DNA of 64,000 nucleotides, taken from contig JBBEAZ010000024.1 of the NCBI GenBank assembly GCA_040882565.1, positions 301,137-365,136 on the forward strand, written 5' to 3'. The position numbers were made by a program, and so were the translations under genes. Origin of the DNA: Dehalococcoidia bacterium. GTDB lineage: Bacteria; Chloroflexota; Dehalococcoidia; SM23-28-2; RBG-16-64-32. This document shows positions 17,268 to 25,824 of the stretch, piece by piece. Below the pieces are notes generated by a model, which ran no database searches, was not told the origin of the DNA, and saw only the letters and a program-made list of their open reading frames with translations. Numbering within the stretch: the stretch's first letter is position 1; every line of letters starts with the position of its first letter.

Positions 17268-19472
17268 ATGCCCCGAAGTATGCTGCTCGCCGCCCCGCTC
17301 GCCGCCTGCGCGATCGCACTCGCCTGTGGCGGCAACGGCGACGGCGATCCAGGCACGACCGATCGCCCCCAAACTCCCAAGGAGACCGCCGAGCGCTGGC
17401 TCGAACTCTGGAACGACGACCAGTTCGACGACATGTGGGACCTCGTCGCCACGGAATCGCGCGCGGCCACCGACAAACAGACCTTCACCGACCGCTATGC
17501 CGCAATCAAGGACGCGGCGACGATCACCGGCATCGATTATGAACTCGAGCCCGAAAGCAGTGTCACGCCGGCGCCGGCCGATCCTCTCGACGACGAGGAC
17601 CTTCCAGAAGGCGCAGTCAAGGTACCTTTCGACGTCACCTTCCACACCTCGTTCTTCGGCGACTTCCCGGACACGAACTCGATGCCGCTAATCCAGGAAG
17701 AGGTCATCGTGCCGGCCGCCGAGGAGGGCGGCGACCCCTCAACGCACGACGAATGGCGCGTGCTCTGGACACCGTCGCTCTACTTCAGCACCCTCGACGA
17801 GACCTCGCTCGTGCACTTCTTCCAGCGCGTGCCCCGGCGCGGCACAATCTACGATCGCAATGGCCAACCCCTGGCTGTCGACGCCGACCTGCCCGTCATC
17901 GGCATCGTCCTCGACCTGATCACCGACGAGGAAGCGACCATCGCCGCTCTCAGCCAGGGCCTCGGCGGCGCGGACGCCGAAGTGCGCGCCGTCTTCGCCC
18001 AGGCGCACGCGCAACCGACTTACTATTTCGTCCCCGTTAGAACGCTGCCATACGGCACCAGCGACGCCGACGTCCAGAAGTTCCGGGATATGGTCCAACT
18101 CGGCGTCGTCGTCCGTGAGGAGACGCAACGCTACTACCCGCACAACTCGGCGGCGGCGCACGTCCTGGGCTACATGACGGAGGTCACTGAGGAGCAACTC
18201 GTAGACCTTGCCGAAAAGGGCTTCGGCCCCGGAGACCTGATCGGCGCGGCCGGTCTCGAAGGGCAGTACGAGGACACGCTCTCCGGCAACCGCGGCGGCC
18301 TCCTGGCCACTGTCAGCCCCGAGGGCACGATCACCGCAACGATCGCCGAGAAGGCATCCGAGCCCGGCAAGGACATCTGGCTGACCATCGACATCGCGGT
18401 GCAAGAACGCGCCGAAGCAGAGCTCGGCGAGCGACCAGGCTCAATCGTCGCCATGGACCCGCGGGATAACTCGGTCGTGGCACTGGCCTCCTACCCGCGC
18501 TTCGACCCCAACGCCTTCATCCGTGGCCTGACGTCGGATGAGGCCAACAGCCTGTTCAACAACCCGCAGCTGCCGTTCCTCAACCGCGCGTTGCTAGCCG
18601 AGTATCCGCCGGGCTCGACCTTCAAGCCGGTAACAATGGCGGCGGGAATCGAGAAAACCTCCTTCGAGACAGGGTCGACGATCCATTGCGTGCCCGTCTG
18701 GACAGGCCTCGGCGAGGACTATCCGCAGAAGAACTGGCAGACGGTGGACCGCGGTTTCCTGACCCCCGCGGAGGGCCTGATGGCCTCCTGCAACCCGGTT
18801 TTCTTCGAGCTGGCCAAAGCGCTGGACGAGGTCGACGAGAACGTGTTCCCGCAATTCATCCGCCAGTTCGGTTACGGTGCCCCAACCGGCATCGGCATGG
18901 AGGAAGCGTCCGGGCTCGTGCCGGACCCGGCGTGGAAAGAGGAGAACATCGGCGAGGCCTGGTTCCGCGGCGACGCCGTCAACATGGGCATCGGCCAGGG
19001 CTACGTTCTCGCCACGCCGATCCAGATCATCAACGCCTACTCGGCGATCGCCAGCACCGGCATCCTCCGCAAGCCGCTGCTCGTCTGGCGCGTCGGCGAG
19101 CCCTCGGCCGGCGGCGGCGTCGCCGTCCAGGAGTTCAAAGCCGAAGAAATCGCCCCGCTGCCGGTCACCCAGGAGACGCTGGACTCGATCCGCTACGGCC
19201 TCTACCTCGTGACCCAGAGCGCCGGCGGTACGTCCTACGCTGCCTGGGCCGGCACCAGCGTCGACGTCGCCGGCAAGTCCGGCACGGCCGAAGACCTGCA
19301 GGAGGGCGCCGACCACGTCTTCTTCGTCGCGTACGCCAACCGCGGCGACCCCAGCCTCGTCACCCTCGGCGCCCTCGAGACCGGCGAGTCCGGCTCGCGC
19401 GAGGTCGCGCCCATGCTCCGACGCCTGCTCGAGCAGTTCACGGGACTGACGCCGCTCGGTACGCTGCCCTAG
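17268..19472 (+). CDS. mrdA: penicillin-binding protein 2 (peptidoglycan D,D-transpeptidase) with lipoprotein-like N-terminus and an extra N-terminal domain
   Basis: SxxK (GSTFKP), SxN and KSGTAE motifs; dimerisation domain; N-terminal LAACAIALAC lipobox-like signal. Confidence 0.85.
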   Translation: MPRSMLLAAPLAACAIALACGGNGDGDPGTTDRPQTPKETAERWLELWNDDQFDDMWDLVATESRAATDKQTFTDRYAAIKDAATITGIDYELEPESSVTPAPADPLDDEDLPEGAVKVPFDVTFHTSFFGDFPDTNSMPLIQEEVIVPAAEEGGDPSTHDEWRVLWTPSLYFSTLDETSLVHFFQRVPRRGTIYDRNGQPLAVDADLPVIGIVLDLITDEEATIAALSQGLGGADAEVRAVFAQAHAQPTYYFVPVRTLPYGTSDADVQKFRDMVQLGVVVREETQRYYPHNSAAAHVLGYMTEVTEEQLVDLAEKGFGPGDLIGAAGLEGQYEDTLSGNRGGLLATVSPEGTITATIAEKASEPGKDIWLTIDIAVQERAEAELGERPGSIVAMDPRDNSVVALASYPRFDPNAFIRGLTSDEANSLFNNPQLPFLNRALLAEYPPGSTFKPVTMAAGIEKTSFETGSTIHCVPVWTGLGEDYPQKNWQTVDRGFLTPAEGLMASCNPVFFELAKALDEVDENVFPQFIRQFGYGAPTGIGMEEASGLVPDPAWKEENIGEAWFRGDAVNMGIGQGYVLATPIQIINAYSAIASTGILRKPLLVWRVGEPSAGGGVAVQEFKAEEIAPLPVTQETLDSIRYGLYLVTQSAGGTSYAAWAGTSVDVAGKSGTAEDLQEGADHVFFVAYANRGDPSLVTLGALETGESGSREVAPMLRRLLEQFTGLTPLGTLP

Positions 19473-20413
19473 GCTTCGCGGACAAACAGGCGCTTCACGG
19501 TGCGGAAGGCCTTGACGCGAAAGGGGACGCCCATCCCGTCGAGGCGCGGCTGCTTCGAGGTCGAGCGCTCGACCATCTGCAAGGCACGCGAGAACTCCGC
19601 GCCCAGGAGCATGATCTGCGCGCTGACGAAGACCCAGAAGAGGAAGGCGACTACCGCACCCAAAGAGCCAAAAATGACATCGAAGTTCTTGAAATTCGCG
19701 ACGTAGAACCCGAACAGGTTCTTGGCGATCTCGAAGAGCAAGGCCGCCAAAAGCGCGCCCGGCACCGCCGACCTGAAGTTGCGGTTCCGGCTCGGGACCA
19801 CCGTATATAGCACCACGAAGGCGATAAACGACAGTACGTAGCCGATCGCCAGCCCAGCCAGAGTCCACGCCCAGCCCATATCGTCCGAAAGGTCGCCCAG
19901 CCACGCCAGGTCGTCGCTACGCTCCTCCACGACCTGCAGAGCGCCTGTCGCGAAGACAGACGTCGCCAGGAAGACCCCGACCCCCAGGACCAGAGAGAGG
20001 TCGACCAGCTTCTGCTGCACCCACGGCCGCGAGTACGTGGGCTCCGAGTAGACGGTGTTGAGCGCTCGGCGGATCGCGCCGAACATCCCGCTGGCCCCCC
20101 AGACCATCCCGAGAAGGCCGATGATCCCGAGCGCCTGTCCGCCCCCGCCGGCCACGCTGTCGACCGCCTTCTCCACCTCCTCCCGGCCGTCCTCCTGGCT
20201 CAGCGGGATCACGTCCATCACCCGGTCGACGACCTCGCGCTGGGCCTCGGTGTCGAGGAAGAGCCCGGCGACAGCGACGACGAAAATCAGCAGCGGGAAG
20301 AGGGAGAAGAGGACGTAGTAGGAGATCGAAGCCGCGAGCTGAGGGCAGCCATCATCGCTGTACTTTTTGATCACTGCCCAGGCCACATTCTTGGCGTAAG
20401 TGAAGGGACTCAT
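19469..20413 (-). CDS. YihY/BrkB-family membrane protein
   Basis: 314 aa, 6 TM helices, family-typical N-terminus ISYYVLFSLFPLLIF. Confidence 0.8.
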   Translation of the reverse strand: MSPFTYAKNVAWAVIKKYSDDGCPQLAASISYYVLFSLFPLLIFVVAVAGLFLDTEAQREVVDRVMDVIPLSQEDGREEVEKAVDSVAGGGGQALGIIGLLGMVWGASGMFGAIRRALNTVYSEPTYSRPWVQQKLVDLSLVLGVGVFLATSVFATGALQVVEERSDDLAWLGDLSDDMGWAWTLAGLAIGYVLSFIAFVVLYTVVPSRNRNFRSAVPGALLAALLFEIAKNLFGFYVANFKNFDVIFGSLGAVVAFLFWVFVSAQIMLLGAEFSRALQMVERSTSKQPRLDGMGVPFRVKAFRTVKRLFVREA

Positions 20414-20509
20414 CGTGCCATTACTCTACCGGGCACGCGCCGGTTTTCCACATTCGCCGTTTCCGGTTTCAGTTAAATCTCCCTATCGTCGGTCGCGTTT
20501 TGCCGAGGG

Positions 20510-20540
20510 TTGACGCCGCGTGTTCCAGTTTGCGTATACT
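20510..20540 (+). promoter_or_regulatory. candidate promoter TTGACG, 19 nt, TATACT upstream of the HTH-PASTA gene
   Basis: Hexamers present with a long spacer; CTGCA-N5-TGCAG palindrome and CAGGAGG RBS follow. Confidence 0.2.
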
Positions 20541-20568
20541 GCAGACCGTGCAGCTACAGGAGGTCGAT

Positions 20569-21228
20569 ATGTCCCCGTCGTCGCCCCTGGGGGAGACGCT
20601 ACGGCGAGCCCGCCTCGACAAGAGTGTCACCTTCGAAGATGCCGAGAGAGTAACACGCATCCCGCGCAAGTACCTCGAAGCGCTCGAACTTGAGAACTTT
20701 GGAATATTGCCCGCCCCGGTCTACGCCCGGGGTTTCTTGCGTTCCTACGCCAGCTACCTCGGCCTCGACCCGAAGGACCTCATGCCGTTCTTCCCCGTCG
20801 GCCACGTCGACGAGCCGGCGCTCGAACAACTGCCCGAGATGAACGAGCCCCGCACCTGGAACGCCAGTGGCCTCATCGCCATGGGCGTCATCGGCGTGCT
20901 GATCATGCTCGTCGTCGCCCTCTACGCCGTCGGCAACGAGAGCAGCGCCGACTTCCGCGAGCCGGGCGAACTCGCCGGCGCGCAGAACGATTCCGTGATT
21001 ACCGGCGACAACCCCGGACAGGGCGGCGGCGCCGCACTCGCCCTACCCGACCTCACCGGCCTCACGCTCGGCGAAGCTGTCCTCAAGATCGAAGAGACCG
21101 GCGCCACCTACTTCGTGGTGGGTACAACCGAGGGCGACATCCCCGTCGGCCAGGTCGTCGATCAGAACCCCGGCCCCGGCACGTCAGTCGGCGAGGGTGA
21201 TCTCGTCACGCTGACCGTCAGCCAGTAG
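20569..21228 (+). CDS. RodZ-like HTH (XRE/HTH_25) single-pass membrane protein with C-terminal PASTA domain
   Basis: N-terminal HTH LGETLRRARLDKSVTFEDAERVTRIPRKYLEALE, TM GLIAMGVIGVLIMLVVALYAV, C-terminal PDLTGLTLGEAV..GQVVDQNPGPGTSVGEGDLVTLTVS matching PASTA consensus. Confidence 0.65.
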   Translation: MSPSSPLGETLRRARLDKSVTFEDAERVTRIPRKYLEALELENFGILPAPVYARGFLRSYASYLGLDPKDLMPFFPVGHVDEPALEQLPEMNEPRTWNASGLIAMGVIGVLIMLVVALYAVGNESSADFREPGELAGAQNDSVITGDNPGQGGGAALALPDLTGLTLGEAVLKIEETGATYFVVGTTEGDIPVGQVVDQNPGPGTSVGEGDLVTLTVSQ

Positions 21229-21234
21229 CGCCGC

Positions 21235-21528
21235 CTAGTCCGCGTCGATTATTTCTGTCTCGACGTCCAGGATTTCGGCGTCCAAGCGTTCGCTGCGGAT
21301 GAAGCTGACCACCGAAGCCATTACCTCATCCGCATGACGGTCGCTGTTGGAGACACACGCCACGCCGATCGTGGCGAGCTGCCACGAGTCGTTGTTTGCG
21401 ACCTCAGCGGCGGAGACGTGGAACTTGTTCTGCAGCCGCGCGATCAGCGACTTGATGACCTGGCGCTTCCCTTTCAGCGACTGATTTTCAGGCAGCCGCA
21501 GCTTGACCCGGCAAACACCTATCAGCAT
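21235..21528 (-). CDS. DUF503-family protein
   Basis: 97 aa, characteristic MLIGVCRVKLRLPENQSLKGKRQ N-terminus. Confidence 0.7.
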   Translation of the reverse strand: MLIGVCRVKLRLPENQSLKGKRQVIKSLIARLQNKFHVSAAEVANNDSWQLATIGVACVSNSDRHADEVMASVVSFIRSERLDAEILDVETEIIDAD

Positions 21529-21552
21529 TGTCCTCTTGCCCTGACCACAGCC

Positions 21553-22236
21553 TCAGATCGAGGCGTCGGGATCATCGTCGTCATCAGCGGTGGGCAAGTC
21601 GTCGTCGGCCTCCGCCTCACCGTCTAGCGATGCAGCCTCGACGGCTGCAGCCTCACGCGCGGTGGCGTCTGCCTCTGCCATCTCGATCTCGGGGAGCGGC
21701 GGCAGGTCCTCCGGCTTCTCGAGGCCGAAGTGCTCCAGGAACTTGAACGTCGTGCCGTAGAGGTACGGACGCCCGGCGCCGTGGGCACGGCCGACCTCAG
21801 CGATGAGGCCGCGCAGCTTCAGCATCTGCACGCCGTAGTCGCAGTTCTTGTCGAGGATGCGTTCGACGTCGCCCTTGGTGATCGGCTGCTTGTAGGCGAT
21901 CACGGTGAGCGTCGCGAGGACGGCCGGAGAGAGGCGCGCGTTCTCGTCGATGCCGAGGAAGCGCTGGAGGTACGTCGCGTTTTCGGGCGCGCTCACCATT
22001 TGCGCCGCCAAATCAGTGCGCTGGATGCGCACGCCCCGCGGCGCGCTCTCGATCGCTAGTTCCTCGACCGCGCGGACGACGTCCTCCACGCTCGCCTCGG
22101 TAAGGCGTGCCAGCGTCTTCATGTCGACGGATGAGTCCGCCACGAAGAGGATGCTCTCGACAGCGCGTTTCAGGGAATCGAGACTGAGGACCTCAGGCAC
22201 GGGCAGGCTACTGCGGATGGTCTGCGCGCTCTTCAT
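21553..22236 (-). CDS. scpB: segregation and condensation protein B
   Basis: ScpB winged-helix tandem pattern (ESILFVADSSVDMKTLARL, KQPITKGDVERI), acidic C-terminus. Confidence 0.85.
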   Translation of the reverse strand: MKSAQTIRSSLPVPEVLSLDSLKRAVESILFVADSSVDMKTLARLTEASVEDVVRAVEELAIESAPRGVRIQRTDLAAQMVSAPENATYLQRFLGIDENARLSPAVLATLTVIAYKQPITKGDVERILDKNCDYGVQMLKLRGLIAEVGRAHGAGRPYLYGTTFKFLEHFGLEKPEDLPPLPEIEMAEADATAREAAAVEAASLDGEAEADDDLPTADDDDDPDASI

Positions 22237-22960
22237 CGCCCGGCGTCACGTCGTAGACAAGCGGCCCAGGGGAGGCATCGGCGTGGCCGCTTTGCGACGG
22301 ATCGCCAAAGCTCGCGGATGGCACTTCACTCACTCGCTCGTCCGCGGTGTCTATCGGTGAGAACGGCCGCCGTGGTTCGCGCGGCATCACCGGTGCCGGC
22401 GCTGGCGCGCCACCATCGACACGCGAGCCGCCGAAGGTGATCTTTACGTCTGGAGTGCCGGAGACGGGCAGCCCGAGGTCGGTGTGCAGCGTGTCAACGA
22501 CGCTCCGCACAGCTTCCTGCGTGAGGGCGCCAACGTTGGCGCCCTGCGTCACCGTCAGGTCCATCGCCACGGACACACCCTTGTCACGCGGCCAGACCCG
22601 GGAGCGAGCGGCGGTGACGCCTGGGAGCTCCAGCAGCGCTTCTTCGAGCCGCAGGCGCAGCGCGTCGGCGGGGATGATCGTCGTCGCACCGGCCTGCTCG
22701 ATACGCAGCTCCTTGACGTCGTCCTCGGGCGCCAGCTCAACGACGATCCAGAGCAGGGCAAGCATGGCAGCTGCTGCCGCGCCGAGCGTGACGACGAGCT
22801 TGCCGGCGCTGCCGTCATTGTCGTTAAGGAACTCAGCGAAGTCGGCCACCTTGTCGATCGCGTCGTTGGGTGCCGCCCATGTGACGAAGATGACCACCGC
22901 CATTAGCACGATCCACCCTGCGGCGGCCAGAACAATGATGAAGCGGTTGGTTTCGTTCAT
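22208..22960 (-). CDS. membrane-anchored hypothetical protein, possibly Asp23/Gls24-like (ORF track to 23113; start at MNETNRF)
   Basis: N-terminal TM then a soluble domain with Asp23-like alternating pattern; Pro-rich C-terminus; sits where scpA is usually found. Confidence 0.45.
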   Translation of the reverse strand: MNETNRFIIVLAAAGWIVLMAVVIFVTWAAPNDAIDKVADFAEFLNDNDGSAGKLVVTLGAAAAAMLALLWIVVELAPEDDVKELRIEQAGATTIIPADALRLRLEEALLELPGVTAARSRVWPRDKGVSVAMDLTVTQGANVGALTQEAVRSVVDTLHTDLGLPVSGTPDVKITFGGSRVDGGAPAPAPVMPREPRRPFSPIDTADERVSEVPSASFGDPSQSGHADASPGPLVYDVTPGDEERADHPQ

Positions 22961-24264
22961 GGCAATTCGGGGACTCCGTAGACGCCTGCGCCGTCCAGGC
23001 GGACGAGCCTGGTGGGCGTGACCCGGTTGGTCAGGTCGGCACCGTCCGCAGCGTAAGTGCGCAGGTAGTTGCCGGTCAATCCTTGCCAGCGGCCGTCCAC
23101 CTGTTCCTCCCATAGCACTTCGAGCGTGCTCCCGAGATGCCGCCTGCGGAACGCCTCGGACGAGCGCTTCTGCACCGCCAGGAGCCGCTCTAGCCGCTCA
23201 CGGCGTACTGGTGGCGGCAGGTGACCGGTCATCCGGTCAGCGCCCGTCTGTGGCCGCCGTGAGTAGGGGAAGCAATGCATGTCCGCGAACGCAGCCTCGT
23301 CGCAGAGCGAAAGCGTCGCCTCGAAGTCCGCGCCAGTCTCGCCCGGGAAGCCAGCGATCACGTCCGTCGTGATCGCAACTCCGGGAACGTGCGCGCGAAT
23401 CAGCGCGAGTGCCCGATGGTAATCGTCCGCAGTGTAGTGACGGCGCATGGGCCCGAGGACGGCATCGGAGCCGCTCTGCAGCGGTAGGTGAAAGTGCGGG
23501 CAGAGCCGCGGGTCCTGCCAGAGCGCCAGCAGTTCCGGCGAGATGTCTTGCGCCTGCAGAGACGACAGCCGGATGCGGGGAATCGACGTTTGGGCGAGCA
23601 GCTCGGCGAGCAGTTGTCGCGGCCCTTGCTCCGCGCGCGGCCAGCCGAGGTCGCGGCCGTAGTTGCCCAGTTGAGTTCCGGTCAGGACGACCTCGATGAC
23701 CCCGTCCGCCTCGCGTTCCCGCACCTGCCGGACCACGTCCGCGATCGGCACGCTCTGCTCGCGGCCGCGCGTGTACGGGACGATGCAGAACGCGCACAGC
23801 TCGTTGCAGCCTTCCTGGATCTTGATGAAAGCACGAGTTCTCAGCGGATTGCGCACCGGCGTCGGGCAACCGGCAAACGGGTCGCCGCGCTCGGCGAGTC
23901 GGGCCAGTAGCCGGTCAGGAATCGTGACCTTGTCCGCATTCGAGAGCACCGCGTCGGCGCCAGTCACCTCACCGATGTTCGCCGGAGCGGTTTCGGCGTA
24001 GCAGCCGGTGAGCACGATCTCGGCGTCAGGCGACAGGCGCCGCGCCAACCTGACGAGGTGCCGGGCCTTGCTGTCGGCGACGTGAGTCACGGAACAGGTG
24101 TTGATGACGAAGGCGTCGGCGCCGGCCTCAGGCCTATCGATGATGCGCACGCCTTCGCCGGCCAGCCTGCGGGCGATCGCCTCGGAATCGGACTGGTTTA
24201 GCTTGCAGCCGAGCGTCAACACGGCGACCGTCGGCTGCTTATCAGTGGTCGTTCGGCTCACCAC
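22957..24264 (-). CDS. mtaB: MiaB-family radical SAM methylthiotransferase (MtaB-like)
   Basis: MTTase N-domain cysteines, CNELCAFCIVPY radical-SAM motif, C-terminal TRAM-like region. Confidence 0.8.
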   Translation of the reverse strand: MVSRTTTDKQPTVAVLTLGCKLNQSDSEAIARRLAGEGVRIIDRPEAGADAFVINTCSVTHVADSKARHLVRLARRLSPDAEIVLTGCYAETAPANIGEVTGADAVLSNADKVTIPDRLLARLAERGDPFAGCPTPVRNPLRTRAFIKIQEGCNELCAFCIVPYTRGREQSVPIADVVRQVREREADGVIEVVLTGTQLGNYGRDLGWPRAEQGPRQLLAELLAQTSIPRIRLSSLQAQDISPELLALWQDPRLCPHFHLPLQSGSDAVLGPMRRHYTADDYHRALALIRAHVPGVAITTDVIAGFPGETGADFEATLSLCDEAAFADMHCFPYSRRPQTGADRMTGHLPPPVRRERLERLLAVQKRSSEAFRRRHLGSTLEVLWEEQVDGRWQGLTGNYLRTYAADGADLTNRVTPTRLVRLDGAGVYGVPELP

Positions 24265-24312
24265 GCCATAATAGATGTCCGCGCGCTGGCACGTCCAACG
24301 ACGCGGGTGCGC

Positions 24313-24465
24313 CTAGTTGCCGCAGCGCGAGAAGCCGCAGACCGGGCAGGTGGCACAGCCCTCGCCGAATACGAGAGGGCCGCCGCAATCGGGACAGCGC
24401 GGCTGCTGGAAGAGCCGCAGGCGGAGCTGCGTGGCGGGCTGTTGTGTCAGCGTTGCGTTAGCCAT
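24313..24465 (-). CDS. small zinc-ribbon protein (50 aa, two CxxC pairs); not in ORF track
   Basis: ATG preceded by GGAGG at 6 nt; MANATLTQQPATQLRLRLFQQPRCPDCGGPLVFGEGCATCPVCGFSRCGN; nested palindrome in its upstream region. Confidence 0.4.
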   Translation of the reverse strand: MANATLTQQPATQLRLRLFQQPRCPDCGGPLVFGEGCATCPVCGFSRCGN

Positions 24466-24565
24466 ATCGGGCCTCCATAGAACGTCTGTGCTATACAGTT
24501 AGTAGCACGTCCGTTCTATTGTCAATCCAAAATGGCACTAAATCATATCGATTTCGTATTTAGCG

Positions 24566-25531
24566 TCAGACCGCGAAACCGGTCTCGAACAGACGCTTCG
24601 CTTCTCGCAGGTCCTCCTCCGGCAGCGGGGCAAACTCGGAAGCAGCCGCGTTCTCCTCGGACTGCTCGGCTGTCTTCGCGCCACTGATCACCGTCGATAC
24701 CGCCGGCTCCGAGAGCACGAAGGCGAGCGCCGTCTGCGCCAGCGAGCGCCCCGGCCGCGCAAGGAATCGCAGCGCCTCGACGCGACGCGCGCTCTCATGC
24801 CGACGCTGCGGTGACCACATGGACCGAAAGTCCGAAGGCGGGAAGTAGTGGTCTGCGGTGTATTTGCCGGCGAGTAGCCCGGAGGCCAGCGGCACCCGCG
24901 CGATCAATCCCCAGTCCTGCCGCATCGCCTCGACGAACACGCCTTTCGCAGCCGCCTCCTGGTCGAGCATGTTGTACGGCACCTGCAACGTATCGCCGAA
25001 GCGCCCCGTCTCGCCGGACTCCCGCTCTCGCTTGAGGTAGACCAGCGCGTCGTTCACCGTCTTTGCGGACACGCCGAAGAAGCGAATCTTGCCTTCTTTG
25101 CGGAGCAAGGCCAGCGTCTCCCACACAGCGTCATCCTTCGCGAGCTTCTGCGGCGGGTTGTGCAACTGGTAGAGATCGACGTAGTCCGTCCGCAACCGCT
25201 GGAGGCTGCGCTCGAGCGCCTCACAGATGTAGGCCGGGTCCCAATTGGCACGCGCCGGCTCGCCATGGTAGAAGTCCATCCCAACTTTCGTCGCGATCAG
25301 CACATTCGGGCGCACCTCGCCGACGGCCTGGCCGATCAACTCCTCGCTGTGCCCGTGCCCATAGATGTCGGCTGTATCGAAGAAGTTGACGCCGAGATCG
25401 TACGCCTTCTGCAGCGCCGCCAGCGAATCCTCATCCCGCACACCACCCCACCCATGTCCCCCAATCGCCAGCCCCCCAAACCCGCTCTCCGACACCATCA
25501 ACCCCGTGCGCCCAAGCCGCCTGTAAATCAT
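24566..25531 (-). CDS. aldo/keto reductase (ORF track to 25570)
   Basis: AKR catalytic tetrad region (DTADIYG, ..K.., H) and NADP-binding C-terminal motifs. Confidence 0.85.
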   Translation of the reverse strand: MIYRRLGRTGLMVSESGFGGLAIGGHGWGGVRDEDSLAALQKAYDLGVNFFDTADIYGHGHSEELIGQAVGEVRPNVLIATKVGMDFYHGEPARANWDPAYICEALERSLQRLRTDYVDLYQLHNPPQKLAKDDAVWETLALLRKEGKIRFFGVSAKTVNDALVYLKRERESGETGRFGDTLQVPYNMLDQEAAAKGVFVEAMRQDWGLIARVPLASGLLAGKYTADHYFPPSDFRSMWSPQRRHESARRVEALRFLARPGRSLAQTALAFVLSEPAVSTVISGAKTAEQSEENAAASEFAPLPEEDLREAKRLFETGFAV

Positions 25532-25662
25532 GAGCGCACGATACCACCGGATTACCGAACGGAGCGCCAACCACGTACCAAGGCACCGGTAGGGGCGTCG
25601 GCCGTGGCGGACCTCGACCTACCACGCTCCGATCGTGCAACAACCCTCGCGCTCAACACAAC

Positions 25663-25777
25663 GCGAAGGTGCAGCGGAGCCGCTGCTGGGGGTTCTGGGG
25701 TGTCCCCCCGAGATCTCAATCTTTTGGGGGCGGGGCGGGGCGGCAACCCCCAGGATCGCGAAGGTGGAGCACCACGC
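25663..25777 (+). repeat. interspersed structured repeat, copy E (with partial second core)
   Basis: CGCGAAGGTGCAGCGGAGCCGCTGCTGGGGGTTCTGGGGTGTCCCCCCGAG plus TTGGGGGCGGGGCGGGGCGG G-tract, then GCGAAGGTGGAGC again. Confidence 0.85.
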
Positions 25778-25824
25778 ACGCCACCAACGCAGGGTGCGGC
25801 AGCCACTCTGTGTATATTCTCCCC

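Noticed and set aside
18594-19904. 436-aa minus-strand ORF inside mrdA
   Set aside because: Antisense to a motif-verified PBP2; Arg/Gly/Ala-rich composition
8778-25777. Whether the five similar repeats could be a CRISPR array
   Set aside because: Copies are kilobases apart, in separate intergenic regions, with no regular spacer-length periodicity; interspersed repeat family instead
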